63,325 nt of DNA from an uncultured Eubacteriales bacterium (GTDB lineage: Bacteria > Bacillota_I > Bacilli_A > RFN20 > CAG-288). Location of the stretch: NCBI GenBank assembly GCA_900316035.1, contig ONBI01000016.1, positions 1 through 63,325 on the forward strand. Direction: 5' to 3'. Under the pieces are notes generated by a model. That model ran no database searches. It was not told the DNA's origin and saw only the letters and a program-made list of their open reading frames with translations. Positions 9,679-18,713 of this stretch are shown here, in pieces. The position numbers were made by a program, and so were the translations under genes. Each line of letters starts with the position of its first letter. Position 1 is the stretch's first letter.

Positions 9679-11002
9679 AGTAGCCAAATTCGGCGGTTCC
9701 TCCTTAGCCAATGCCGAACAGTGGAAGAAAGTCAAAGCCATCATCGATAGCGATGAGGATCGGCATATCGTGGTCGTCTCTGCGGTCGGAAAATCCAACC
9801 CCAAAGACCATAAAGTCACCGATCTCCTCTACCTCATCTATCAGCATCATAAATACCATATCGAAGCCGATGATCTCTTCAAGGAGGTGGAAGAAAAATA
9901 TCTCTCCATCAAAAGAGAACTCGGACTCAAGGTCGATATCGAATCCGATTTTGCCGAGATCAAAGAAAGACTTGAAAAGAACCAGATCTCCGAAGAAGAA
10001 TTGGTCTCAAGAGGCGAATACTTCTCGGCTAAGATGATGGCGGATTACCTGGGTTTTGATTTTGTCGATGCCAAAGAACTCATCAACTTCGATTACGAAG
10101 GACAGGTTGTCGAAGAAGAGACCATCGACTGTATTGAAAGAGCGGTATCTGTCCACGATTATTTCGTGGTTCCCGGTTTCTATGGCTCCTATCCGAACTA
10201 TAAGATCTGTCTGTTTTCCAGAGGCGGAAGCGATGTCACCGGTTCCTATATGGCAAAAGGAGCCAAAGCCGATCTCTACGAGAATTTCACCGATGTTCCT
10301 GGTTTCTATATGGCAGATCCAAGAATCCTAAAGAGTCCTCGCCATATCTCTCAGATCTCTTACGATGAACTGAGAGAACTCAGCGATATGGGAGCCTGTG
10401 TTCTTCATGAAGAGACCGTTCTTCCTCTTTTAGAAGAAGATATTCCGATCCTTGTTCTTTCGACCGATCATCCGGAACTCGAAGGAACCTGGGTAAAGAA
10501 ACAGGTAACAGGTAGAAAACATCTGGTTACCGGAATCTCCGGAAAGAAAGGATTTTTGGCTCTTACGTTCCAGAAAAAGAGATCGGTCGGAAAACTCGAT
10601 ATTCTTTTAGAAGTACTCTCTGTCTTCAATCAGTATCATGTTCCGGTAGAACATCTCCCTACTTCGATTGATACTTTCTCTGTCGTCGTCGAGAAGAGCA
10701 ACATCGAAGAAAAATACTATGACATCATCGCGGACTTAAAGAAGAACCCCGGTATCCTCAGTATCAACGAAGACGAAGACTTAGCTTTGATAGCAGTCGT
10801 AGGAAGTAACCTTGTCCATCGGATAGGGGCAAGCGGAGAAATATTATCCGTCTTCGGAAAAGAAGGAATCAATATCAAATTCCTCGATCAGGGATTAGAA
10901 GAATACCAGATACTGGCAGGAGTCTCCGAGAAGGATTTTGAAACTTCCATCCAAGCTCTCTATACCCGTTTTGCCCATGAGAAGATAACGGCAGAAGCGT
11001 AA
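9671..11002 (+). CDS. aspartate kinase
   Basis: MYKVAKFGGSSLANAEQW is a kinase N-terminus, and there are C-terminal ACT-like repeats. ATG at 9671 overlaps the asd stop. Confidence 0.9.
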   Translation: MYKVAKFGGSSLANAEQWKKVKAIIDSDEDRHIVVVSAVGKSNPKDHKVTDLLYLIYQHHKYHIEADDLFKEVEEKYLSIKRELGLKVDIESDFAEIKERLEKNQISEEELVSRGEYFSAKMMADYLGFDFVDAKELINFDYEGQVVEEETIDCIERAVSVHDYFVVPGFYGSYPNYKICLFSRGGSDVTGSYMAKGAKADLYENFTDVPGFYMADPRILKSPRHISQISYDELRELSDMGACVLHEETVLPLLEEDIPILVLSTDHPELEGTWVKKQVTGRKHLVTGISGKKGFLALTFQKKRSVGKLDILLEVLSVFNQYHVPVEHLPTSIDTFSVVVEKSNIEEKYYDIIADLKKNPGILSINEDEDLALIAVVGSNLVHRIGASGEILSVFGKEGINIKFLDQGLEEYQILAGVSEKDFETSIQALYTRFAHEKITAEA

Positions 11003-11080
11003 AGAAAAAAGACGGCAGGAAGAAAGGAGAAGTTGCTTCTTCTGTTTCAAAGTAACTACGTTCTTCCTTGAAAACGAAAA

Positions 11081-11100
11081 GGCAGGCCGCAAGACCTGCC
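11081..11100. terminator. terminator hairpin shared by convergent genes
   Basis: ggcaggcc-gcaa-gacctgcc hairpin. On the - strand it is followed by TTTTCGTTTTC. Confidence 0.55.
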
Positions 11101-11120
11101 TCTTTAGATTCTAGATAATA

Positions 11121-11747
11121 TTACGGAAGCTCTTCGATGAAGTACGCTACCCCGGCAAGAGCGAAGACGATACCGCCGAAGATGAAGTAGCTTTCGGAAG
11201 TGAGGAAGAAAGCGAAGAGCAGGAAAGCAACAAAAGTAAGAACCATACCGAAGTAATAAAGAACCGGGAATCGGTTACCGGTCGCTTTATGAAGAATCGT
11301 CTCTAAGAGAATCAGGATCGCTCCGATACCGAAGAAAGCGAGTACCGGCCAGGAGATAGAGAAAGCGATGATACCGGATTCTCCATCGATCCTCAGATAA
11401 CTGAAGACATAGAGTGTCCAGAAGACAACACCTAAGAGAGAGACGATCAGAGATAAGAGTGGTCTTACTTTATTGCGGTCCTGTTTTCTTGTGAGGATCG
11501 TAAAGAGCAATACCGCAATTCCACCTACTGCCATCGGAATGGAACAAAGCAAAGACCAATAATATTTCTCTGCTCCGAAAAAACAGGCAGCGAAGATATC
11601 GTAGCCGGAAGCAACAAGAATAAGACCGGTAAAAATATAACGGAAAACAAGACTCCGTTTATTTTTACTTAGCTCTTCGGGTTCGATTTCTTCCATTTTG
11701 TCCTGCTTTGCTTCCTTTTGGATTCTTGTATTAGATTCATTAATCAA
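11121..11747 (-). CDS. hypothetical polytopic membrane protein
   Basis: The ORF has about 6 predicted hydrophobic helices and I recognise no family. The start is uncertain (TTG at 11747 or ATG at 11696). Confidence 0.5.
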   Translation of the reverse strand: MINESNTRIQKEAKQDKMEEIEPEELSKNKRSLVFRYIFTGLILVASGYDIFAACFFGAEKYYWSLLCSIPMAVGGIAVLLFTILTRKQDRNKVRPLLSLIVSLLGVVFWTLYVFSYLRIDGESGIIAFSISWPVLAFFGIGAILILLETILHKATGNRFPVLYYFGMVLTFVAFLLFAFFLTSESYFIFGGIVFALAGVAYFIEELP

Positions 11748-11967
11748 ATTTTAGTTAGTAACTATCCGTTTTGTCAAGCAATATCAAAAAGGAATCTCTC
11801 TCTTTTTTAAGAGAAAACTATCCATAAATTCTAATTTCTCTAAAAATTGAAGACGGCTGAAAGAATAAGGAAAGATCATTTTCTCTTTTTTTCTCTGGAA
11901 ATTTTCTTTCCCGTTGGAAAAAATCCCCTCTCCCAGGGAATATCTATAGTGAAAAGGGAGTGTTTTT

Positions 11968-13325
11968 ATGTACCAAGAAAGTTCAAACAGCGAATTGAAG
12001 GCCACCCTCATTGAGGAAGTGAAGCAGGAGATTGTCGCCTTTCTCAATAGTGATGGTGGCACAATTTATATTGGTGTGAACGATGACGGAAGTCTCGCAC
12101 CAAAGCTTTCCGAAAAGGCAAAAGACGAAGAGGATCTCAAGGTTTCCAATTGGATTCAGGAGGCGTTTTTCCCTAGCCCCGCCCATTACATAAAGCATTT
12201 CTTCAATGAGGACGGAGTACTTGTGATTGTCATTGAGAAAGGAGCGCAAAAGCCTTATTTCATACGTGACAAAGGACCAAAGCCGAGCGGTGTCTGGAAA
12301 AGAGAGGGACGGAGCAAGAGAAAAGCGACGGAGCAAGAAATCCTGGACATGATTCTCGAGTCTAGAAAATACAGCTTTGAAAAAGACATATCTGAGAACC
12401 AAGAGCTGACTTTCCACTACCTTTTTGAACGTCTGGAAAACTTGAAGATTCCCCATGAGAAGAGGAATCAGGTTTCTTTGGGACTGATTTCAAATAATGA
12501 CAGATACACCAATCTTGCTTTGATTCTGTCTGATCAATCCCCTATCGTGGTCAAGTTTGCAAAATACGATGCGCAGATGAATTTCTTAGCAAAAGCAGAA
12601 TACAAAGGGTCCATCCTAAAAAGTTTGGAAAATGTGCTTGATCGAGTAAAAAGCTTTGACGATGTCGTTGCCACTATCGATAACCGTTCGCTTCGACGAA
12701 TCGAACGGGAGTCCTACCCTTTCATCGCCTTGAGAGAAGGAGTTCTGAATGCCTTTGCCCATGCAGATTATCTGATTCGTTCAAACATCAAGATTGAGTT
12801 TTTCCCTGACCGGCTAAAGATCACAAACCCTGGGGGGGTATTTTCGATGCTTCCTTAGAAGATATTATGAACGGGGTTCAGACATATCGGAATCCGATGT
12901 TAGTGAATCTTCTCAGCAAAATCGGTTACCTTGAGAATTTCGGCACAGGTATACCAAGAATACAAAAGGCTTACGAGTCTAGCAAAAGGAAGCCAGAGTT
13001 CAATCCTACGGAAAATTTTTTCACCTTGTCGTTACCAAACTTAAATTTTGACCATGACCAAGTAAATGACCAAGTGACTGACCAAATAACTGACCAAATA
13101 ACTGAACCGATAAGCGATTTTGATTTAGCCGTTCTGCGATTTATCCGTGCTAATCCAGGAGAACACGCCACAACCATCGCAAAAGGAATCTTGCGAGATT
13201 ATCCGACAGCAACAATAGATAAAGTGAAAAACTCCCTTAAAAGAAAGCTTCGTAATTATGTTGAATTCGACGGGGCGAATAAAAACGGCGGATATCGCGA
13301 GAAAAAGCAAAAGGAAATCAAGTAG
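11968..13325 (+). pseudogene. AlbA_2 (Schlafen-type) + HATPase_c_4 + C-terminal wHTH putative regulator, split by a -1 frameshift in a G7 tract
   Basis: ORFs 11968-12858 and 12867-13325 are two halves of one family member. The N-terminal half has the AlbA_2 motif FLNSDGGTIYIGVNDDGS and ends ...LKITNPGG. Adding one G at 12832-12838 reads through as GGGIFDASLEDIMNGVQTYRNPMLVNLLSKIGYLENFGTGIPRI. Confidence 0.75.
13050..13115 (+). repeat. in-frame 12-nt tandem repeat (gaccaaRtaaMt) encoding (D-Q-V/I-N/T)n linker
   Basis: gaccaagtaaat / gaccaagtgact / gaccaaataact / gaccaaataact / gaaccgataagc, read directly from the sequence. Confidence 0.85.
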
Positions 13326-13506
13326 ACAAAGAGCCACAGATAAAAACAGGGAGAAATTTTCAGTGCTTTTTCCTATTAAATACGGGAGTTCTAGTGTGTC
13401 AAAGAGAGGTTTCCGAAAGAAACCGAAGAAGAGCTGAAACTCAGTTTTACTATGTAAATTCCGTTATCGTGGAAAGAAGATAGACAGTTACCTCTATCAA
13501 CTCTGT

Positions 13507-13809
13507 ATGGATCTACAGAAAATACAGAGAGGAAAAGAAGAAAAGCTGGAAACGAAGATCCTACGGACCGTAGTAAGATATTTAAAGGAGGGAGGCAAGA
13601 AAAACATTATGAAAGACTATGACAGAGTGATGTTATCTCAACGCCAAAAGGGAAAAGTGGAGGGAAAAAACGAGGAAAGAGAAGAAGTCGTTCTCACCAT
13701 GTGCAAAGATCCTAGCTTCACCGATGCTCAGATTGACAAAATCGGAAAGATTCCTGTCTCCCAGGTTCTAGCTCTTCGAAAAAGACTTGCCGAAGCGAAG
13801 CAGAACTGA
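13507..13809 (+). CDS. hypothetical protein; possibly a C-terminal remnant of an Rpn/YhgA-like (PD-(D/E)XK putative transposase) protein
   Basis: The tail QKGKVEGKNEEREEVVLTMCKDPSFTDAQIDKIGKIPVSQVLALRKRL resembles the repeated (E/K)G... plus HTH tail of Rpn-family proteins. This is a weak call, made from memory. Confidence 0.3.
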   Translation: MDLQKIQRGKEEKLETKILRTVVRYLKEGGKKNIMKDYDRVMLSQRQKGKVEGKNEEREEVVLTMCKDPSFTDAQIDKIGKIPVSQVLALRKRLAEAKQN

Positions 13810-13965
13810 TCTTTCTAGAACGGAACATAGCCTTCGGTGGATTTTTTTCCTCTGGAGGTTTTTTCATTCCTGCTTTTTTCCTTTTTGGTTTCTATAGGAT
13901 GCCAAGAGAATTTTGTGGCAAGAACAGAATACTAGGAGGCTACCCTAATAATATCTGGACCTTTA

Positions 13966-14100
13966 TCCGATAAATTATCCATTAAATTGTCCATTAACTG
14001 AACTGACCCGATAACTGACCCGATAAATGACCCGATAAATGACCCGATAAATGACCCGATAAATGACCCAGTAACTGACCAAATAAATGACCGCTTAAAC
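13966..14100 (+). repeat. intergenic 12-nt tandem array (gacccgataaat x4 perfect, plus degenerate flanking copies)
   Basis: Units lie at 14005, 14017, 14029, 14041, 14053, 14065, 14077 and 14089, with weaker 12-nt periodicity from about 13966. It would encode TDPITDPINDPINDPINDPINDPVTDQIND, the same linker type as 13050-13115. Confidence 0.85.
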
Positions 14101-14310
14101 GATTCCGATTTTTGCGATTCTTCCTTCCCACTTTTAAAGCGACCATCTCATGATACCGGGGAGTTTTTCTTTTCTTCTTTTCCTTGATCCATAAAGGAAC
14201 AACCTCTTTTTAGAGTAGGTAGCCTTATTCTAGAAAAGGGAAGTTCTCAAAAGAATCTTCTACAGGAAAAAGTCTATGAAAGAATCCTAAAGTCGTACCA
14301 AAGGTTATTC

Positions 14311-15966
14311 TTAAATCTTCTCTTCTTTCGGTTTCCCTTGTCCGATTTCCTTTAAGTAGGATCGACCTAATATGGAAGAGAGACGGGCTTTGGAACAGGC
14401 AACGTCAATCGGAGAGTCTTTCTTTAAATAGTAGACACCGACTCGGAAGGTCTGTTTCTCTTTGGTTAGGAGTTCCACTTCATCGATCAGAGGATTGACG
14501 GTTTTAAGGAAGGTCTTTTCTTCTATGAAGGCATAGAAATGGCTTCCCGAGGAATGACAGAGCAAAGCGTTAGGATAAACGGCCTCTAAGGAAGAAGCGA
14601 CATTCTTTAAGAGCGCTTCTCCTTTCTCTTTTCCGTTTTCGTCGATGTAATCGGCATAATCGGAAAGAGAATAGAAGACGATCAGCGGTTTCTTTTCTTC
14701 TTCAAAGGAAGTGTGAAGCATCTCCGCGCCCTTTTCCCGGAAGTAGATCGGAGTCAATAATTTTGTTACCGGATCTACTAAGGCTTTATCGGTAGGATGG
14801 GTGAACGTATTGAGAACACCGGTGCGCTTCTTGTCAGGATCATAAGGAGCACCGGCATAACCGTTTCTTCCTTTATCCTTCGCTTCATAAAGATAAGAAT
14901 CGGCTTGGGAATTCATCTTCTCAAACGAAGCGGGATCCTTGGCTATGCCATAGACATACCCGCAGGAGAAAGTGATATCGACTTTATGTTCTCCGTCTTG
15001 GAATTCGATTCCGTCGTTAAAAAGAGCATTCAGTCTCTCCTTTATCTCTTCTTCGCTCTTCAGTTCCGGAGTAGCGATCAGGAACTCATCGCCACCATAG
15101 GAGTAAGCATGATTCTCTCCAAAGTAACTCTTCAGCTTCTCTCCCATCTGCTCGAGGACTTTATCTCCTAAAGGATGTCCGTAGATATCGTTGAAGGATT
15201 TGAAATGATCGATATCAAACATCAAGACGGCAACAGGACGGTTGAGATAAAAAGGGGTATCTTCCAGTAAGGCGGTACGATTGAGAAGAGCGGACACCTG
15301 ATGGATTCTGGCAACCTGCTTTGTTCTTTCGAAACTCTCGATCCCCAGAATATTGAGATAAGCCATCAGATACTGAAGGATATAGGAAGCCGAGAGGAAT
15401 TCCAACTGATGAGCCATATCGATGACGAAGATGCTGTAATACGTTCTATCCCCCGGTAAACCCATACCATAGAAATCACAGAAAGAAAAAGCGGTAGCAA
15501 AAACAAAAAGGAACAGGAATTTCCTCCAAGGGACATCCACTAAGAAAATCGGATAGACGATCGAAACCAATAAGAAAGAGAAACTCTCTCTGTCCGGAGA
15601 AAGATAGTAAGTGCCGGAGAGAATCGTCGTGACGAAATTGATAGCCACAAAAAGATACCCGATCCAAAGATAATGCTTCGCTGGAATCCTGTTCTTGAAA
15701 GGAGGATAAAGGCAGAGCGCAAGAAGCGTCAGTCCGAGCTGAGAACCGGAAAGAATCCATTTTGCCACCGAGTTTTCTCTTCCCGGAATCCAGATACGGG
15801 AAACGAGAATAGCGCTATTGAGCACTAACGCCGTCAGAAGCAAAAGAAAATAATCACGTTTATTGGCTTCCGCTACCTGTTCCCGATAACGGGGAATCAA
15901 AACAAACTGCGAGCGAGTCTTGAATAAGGAAACGATCTTATGCCATACCGAAGATTTCTCAGCCAT
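14311..15966 (-). CDS. membrane-anchored diguanylate cyclase (GGDEF) with a second, degenerate GGDEF-like C-terminal domain
   Basis: N-terminal multi-TM region, then FDIDHFKSFNDIYGHPLGDKVL...YSYGGDEFLIA. The C-terminal about 165 aa repeat the fold pattern, but with SGSHF in place of GGDEF. Confidence 0.85.
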   Translation of the reverse strand: MAEKSSVWHKIVSLFKTRSQFVLIPRYREQVAEANKRDYFLLLLTALVLNSAILVSRIWIPGRENSVAKWILSGSQLGLTLLALCLYPPFKNRIPAKHYLWIGYLFVAINFVTTILSGTYYLSPDRESFSFLLVSIVYPIFLVDVPWRKFLFLFVFATAFSFCDFYGMGLPGDRTYYSIFVIDMAHQLEFLSASYILQYLMAYLNILGIESFERTKQVARIHQVSALLNRTALLEDTPFYLNRPVAVLMFDIDHFKSFNDIYGHPLGDKVLEQMGEKLKSYFGENHAYSYGGDEFLIATPELKSEEEIKERLNALFNDGIEFQDGEHKVDITFSCGYVYGIAKDPASFEKMNSQADSYLYEAKDKGRNGYAGAPYDPDKKRTGVLNTFTHPTDKALVDPVTKLLTPIYFREKGAEMLHTSFEEEKKPLIVFYSLSDYADYIDENGKEKGEALLKNVASSLEAVYPNALLCHSSGSHFYAFIEEKTFLKTVNPLIDEVELLTKEKQTFRVGVYYLKKDSPIDVACSKARLSSILGRSYLKEIGQGKPKEEKI

Positions 15967-16180
15967 TGCCTGTTTCGTACCTTCCTAGTTCTCTTTTCAG
16001 AAACGATGAAAAAAGGGAGATATTCAATAAGAACTTATGTTTTTATTGTATCAATAGAAAAGAAGGTTGCAAGTTACAAGGGCGAACAAAGTCCGAAACG
16101 CGTCAGTTTTTCGCATCCAAAAGCTTTTTTCCAGGTGACAATACTAGTCAATTGACATCTTGTATACGTTACTTGTTTTA

Positions 16181-18424
16181 TCAGGCAACAAAATCAAACG
16201 TTGTATTCAACGTAGAGATAAGAGAGTTATATTCCGTTTCACGGAGAAGACTCATACCCGAAACAGCAGCGGAAAGAGCTCCGTCTCCGGTATTTCCATA
16301 CTCGGAGAAAGAAGCATCCGTCGGTTTATTTCCGGACATGCTTTCATAACGGGCGTTCTTCTTATCACTGGTATCTCCATACGCTTTCTTGGAGACGACA
16401 TTGCTCATCGAGCAGTTGAGATAATGGACGATGGCACTCTTTGCCCAAGGTCTTGCTAAAGAGACCATACCTTCGACAACACTTTCTTCTCCCTGAATCG
16501 TGCAGGAATCAAAGACAAAGCCGACGGTAGTCGAAGATCCGCCTTTCGGAGCACAGACATAACCGCCGTTGGTATCGCTGTTACGATAAAGCGAAGTAAG
16601 TGTGCAACGTCTTAAAAGAATATCGGCATCCTCTCCGAAAACATAATCCGTCATACCTTCAATTTTGCAATCGAGATAGGCCTGATGATGAAGCCTTGCA
16701 TAAAGGGTATCCTGATAACCTTTGAAGGAGCAGTTCTTGAAAAGAGACTTATCGGCTTCACAGAGAAGAGCAACGGCCTGCTTGTTGCTATCATTGCTTC
16801 TGTTATATTCCGCCATCGAGGTGAATTTGCTGTTGGAGAAAACAATGTTCTCGGCATGGAAAGCATCGGCAGACTCCTTGACGGAGACAGAAGCCGAACC
16901 ATAAGTAGAGAACGGATTTCCTAACGCATCCTTGCTATCGGCATCATAAGCGGCTTTCAAAGTGACCGAAGGTGTTCCGTCCTCTCCTTTTTCACCGTTC
17001 AGAGTGAGATTCTTGATTTCGATATAGACCTTCTCTTCATAGGTACCGGCTTTGATTGCAATCTTCTTTTTATCGTCATCACTGGTAGCCGTCTTTAAGA
17101 AGTCATGGGCTTTCTGTAACGAGGAGAAAGTAAGAACGTTATTCGAAAGGGTTCCTTCCTCAGTAATCGAAGAATCCACCGCAACAACATAGACTCCATC
17201 ACTATCGGCAGTAAGGAAAGAAGAATCTAAGACAGTAATCGAGATCTTATCTTCATAAGTCTTGCTATCGTTGATGAAGGAAATTCCGACATCCTTCTTT
17301 CCTGCTTCGGAAGTGGTAGGAAGCGTAATCGTCGCTTTCGAAGTGACATTCACTTCGACATCATCGTCTCTTGTAGCTTTGACAACGATTGCTGTCTTAT
17401 CTAATGTATCGTTCTTCTTATAGACGGTCGGGAAACGGGAAACCGTCTTCGAACCGGTGCCGTTCTGAAGGACTTCATAGTAAGCTTTGATGCTCTTTAC
17501 CGCATGGACTTTGACATTGAAAGACTGCTCCGGATAGTTCTTATACTTCACCTTGATCGGATAGGTTCCGGCCTTGGCTTTATCAAACGCCGAAGTATCG
17601 ACTGTATAGTCTTTGCTCTCGAGTTCTAAGGTAGCTCCGGAAGAATAAGTGGCATTGACTCTTAAACCGGTGAGAGAGATATCTTCTCCGATCAGAGTAT
17701 CGGTATCTAATGCCGAAGTATCCAAAGCAAAACCGGTCTCATCTCCTAATTCCACTTTCTGGGTGAAATCGAAGTAGTAGAAATTGATACCATTGACCTT
17801 CGAATAGAGGTAATAGGTACCTGCCTCCGGAATCTCATAGGTATAGAAATCCGGCGTAGAGGAACTGGCGGTAGAGACGCCTTTCGGAGAAGTATAAAGT
17901 TCCGTTCCGTCTTCCTTGCTGATGGTATAGGTACGGGAAGTATCGCTTCCGTTAGCTCCTAGACAGGCAAAACGGAAAGTACCTTTGCCGGTCGTCGTAA
18001 TCTTTAACGACTTCTGATTGAGATGATCGCTATCGCTCTTGCCGTTGAACTTGAATCTACCTCCGGAAGCAAGGTCGATTCCATCGACAGAAACGGTCTT
18101 ACCGCTAGCGAAATCGATAGTGACTCCGCTGGATAGCGTGAAGACCGAATTCAATTTATAACCATCACTTCCGACAGAGACGGTACCTTGGGAAGAATCT
18201 AAGAGAGCAGGATAGGCTTTATAGACTAAGGTGACTTCTTTATCCTTCGTCTCCGTAGAAGTAGAAATCGGAGAAGAAGAGGAAGAAGGTGGTAAAGGTT
18301 CACTAGAGACAGAGGGAGTTGAATTGGAAGGTTGAAGAGGAGAAGAGGAAGAAGTTTCCCCAGGCTGACAGGAGACTAAGAAAAGCAACGAAAGCAGAGA
18401 CAGAAGGCCGATCTTTTGTTTCAT
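16181..18424 (-). CDS. lipoprotein pectinesterase (CE8 pectin methylesterase) with N-terminal Ig-like/unknown domains
   Basis: Lipobox LLFLVSC followed by a Ser/Pro linker. The C-terminal CE8 motifs are QAVALL, GYQDTLY, DYVFG and LARPW. Confidence 0.85.
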   Translation of the reverse strand: MKQKIGLLSLLSLLFLVSCQPGETSSSSPLQPSNSTPSVSSEPLPPSSSSSPISTSTETKDKEVTLVYKAYPALLDSSQGTVSVGSDGYKLNSVFTLSSGVTIDFASGKTVSVDGIDLASGGRFKFNGKSDSDHLNQKSLKITTTGKGTFRFACLGANGSDTSRTYTISKEDGTELYTSPKGVSTASSSTPDFYTYEIPEAGTYYLYSKVNGINFYYFDFTQKVELGDETGFALDTSALDTDTLIGEDISLTGLRVNATYSSGATLELESKDYTVDTSAFDKAKAGTYPIKVKYKNYPEQSFNVKVHAVKSIKAYYEVLQNGTGSKTVSRFPTVYKKNDTLDKTAIVVKATRDDDVEVNVTSKATITLPTTSEAGKKDVGISFINDSKTYEDKISITVLDSSFLTADSDGVYVVAVDSSITEEGTLSNNVLTFSSLQKAHDFLKTATSDDDKKKIAIKAGTYEEKVYIEIKNLTLNGEKGEDGTPSVTLKAAYDADSKDALGNPFSTYGSASVSVKESADAFHAENIVFSNSKFTSMAEYNRSNDSNKQAVALLCEADKSLFKNCSFKGYQDTLYARLHHQAYLDCKIEGMTDYVFGEDADILLRRCTLTSLYRNSDTNGGYVCAPKGGSSTTVGFVFDSCTIQGEESVVEGMVSLARPWAKSAIVHYLNCSMSNVVSKKAYGDTSDKKNARYESMSGNKPTDASFSEYGNTGDGALSAAVSGMSLLRETEYNSLISTLNTTFDFVA

Positions 18425-18499
18425 AAAAATACCCCTTTTGTATTCTTGGATATCAGTATACCCCAGAAAGCCCTTACTTTCTTAGGCTGTCAGAACAAA

Positions 18500-18511
18500 C
18501 TTGTATACAAG
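18500..18511. promoter_or_regulatory. perfect 12-bp palindrome CTTGTATACAAG in the divergent pectinase promoter region (candidate operator)
   Basis: Read directly from the sequence. It has T-GT-N-AC-A symmetry of the kind used by GntR-type regulators. A half-related copy, cttgtatacg, lies at about 16160. Confidence 0.3.
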
Positions 18512-18713
18512 AATTTTAGAAAGAATTATCTACAAAATTAGAAGTTGGTTCTTACTTTAATATTAAGAATAATAATGGTTCTTCACATATAAACTCTTTA
18601 CGACATTACTTTCAATCTTTTCAATAACTCCCTTTTTCGCCTTTAAAATCTCCTTTCTGATCTTCGGAAATCTTCTACAATAATAGCCGTAATTTCTAAG
18701 GGGTTTCATCGCT

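Noticed and set aside
13966-14100. A regularly spaced short-repeat array that could be mistaken for a CRISPR array.
   Set aside because: The units are 12 nt, directly abutting with no spacers, and they mirror a coding linker repeat at 13050-13115. This is a tandem repeat, not a CRISPR.
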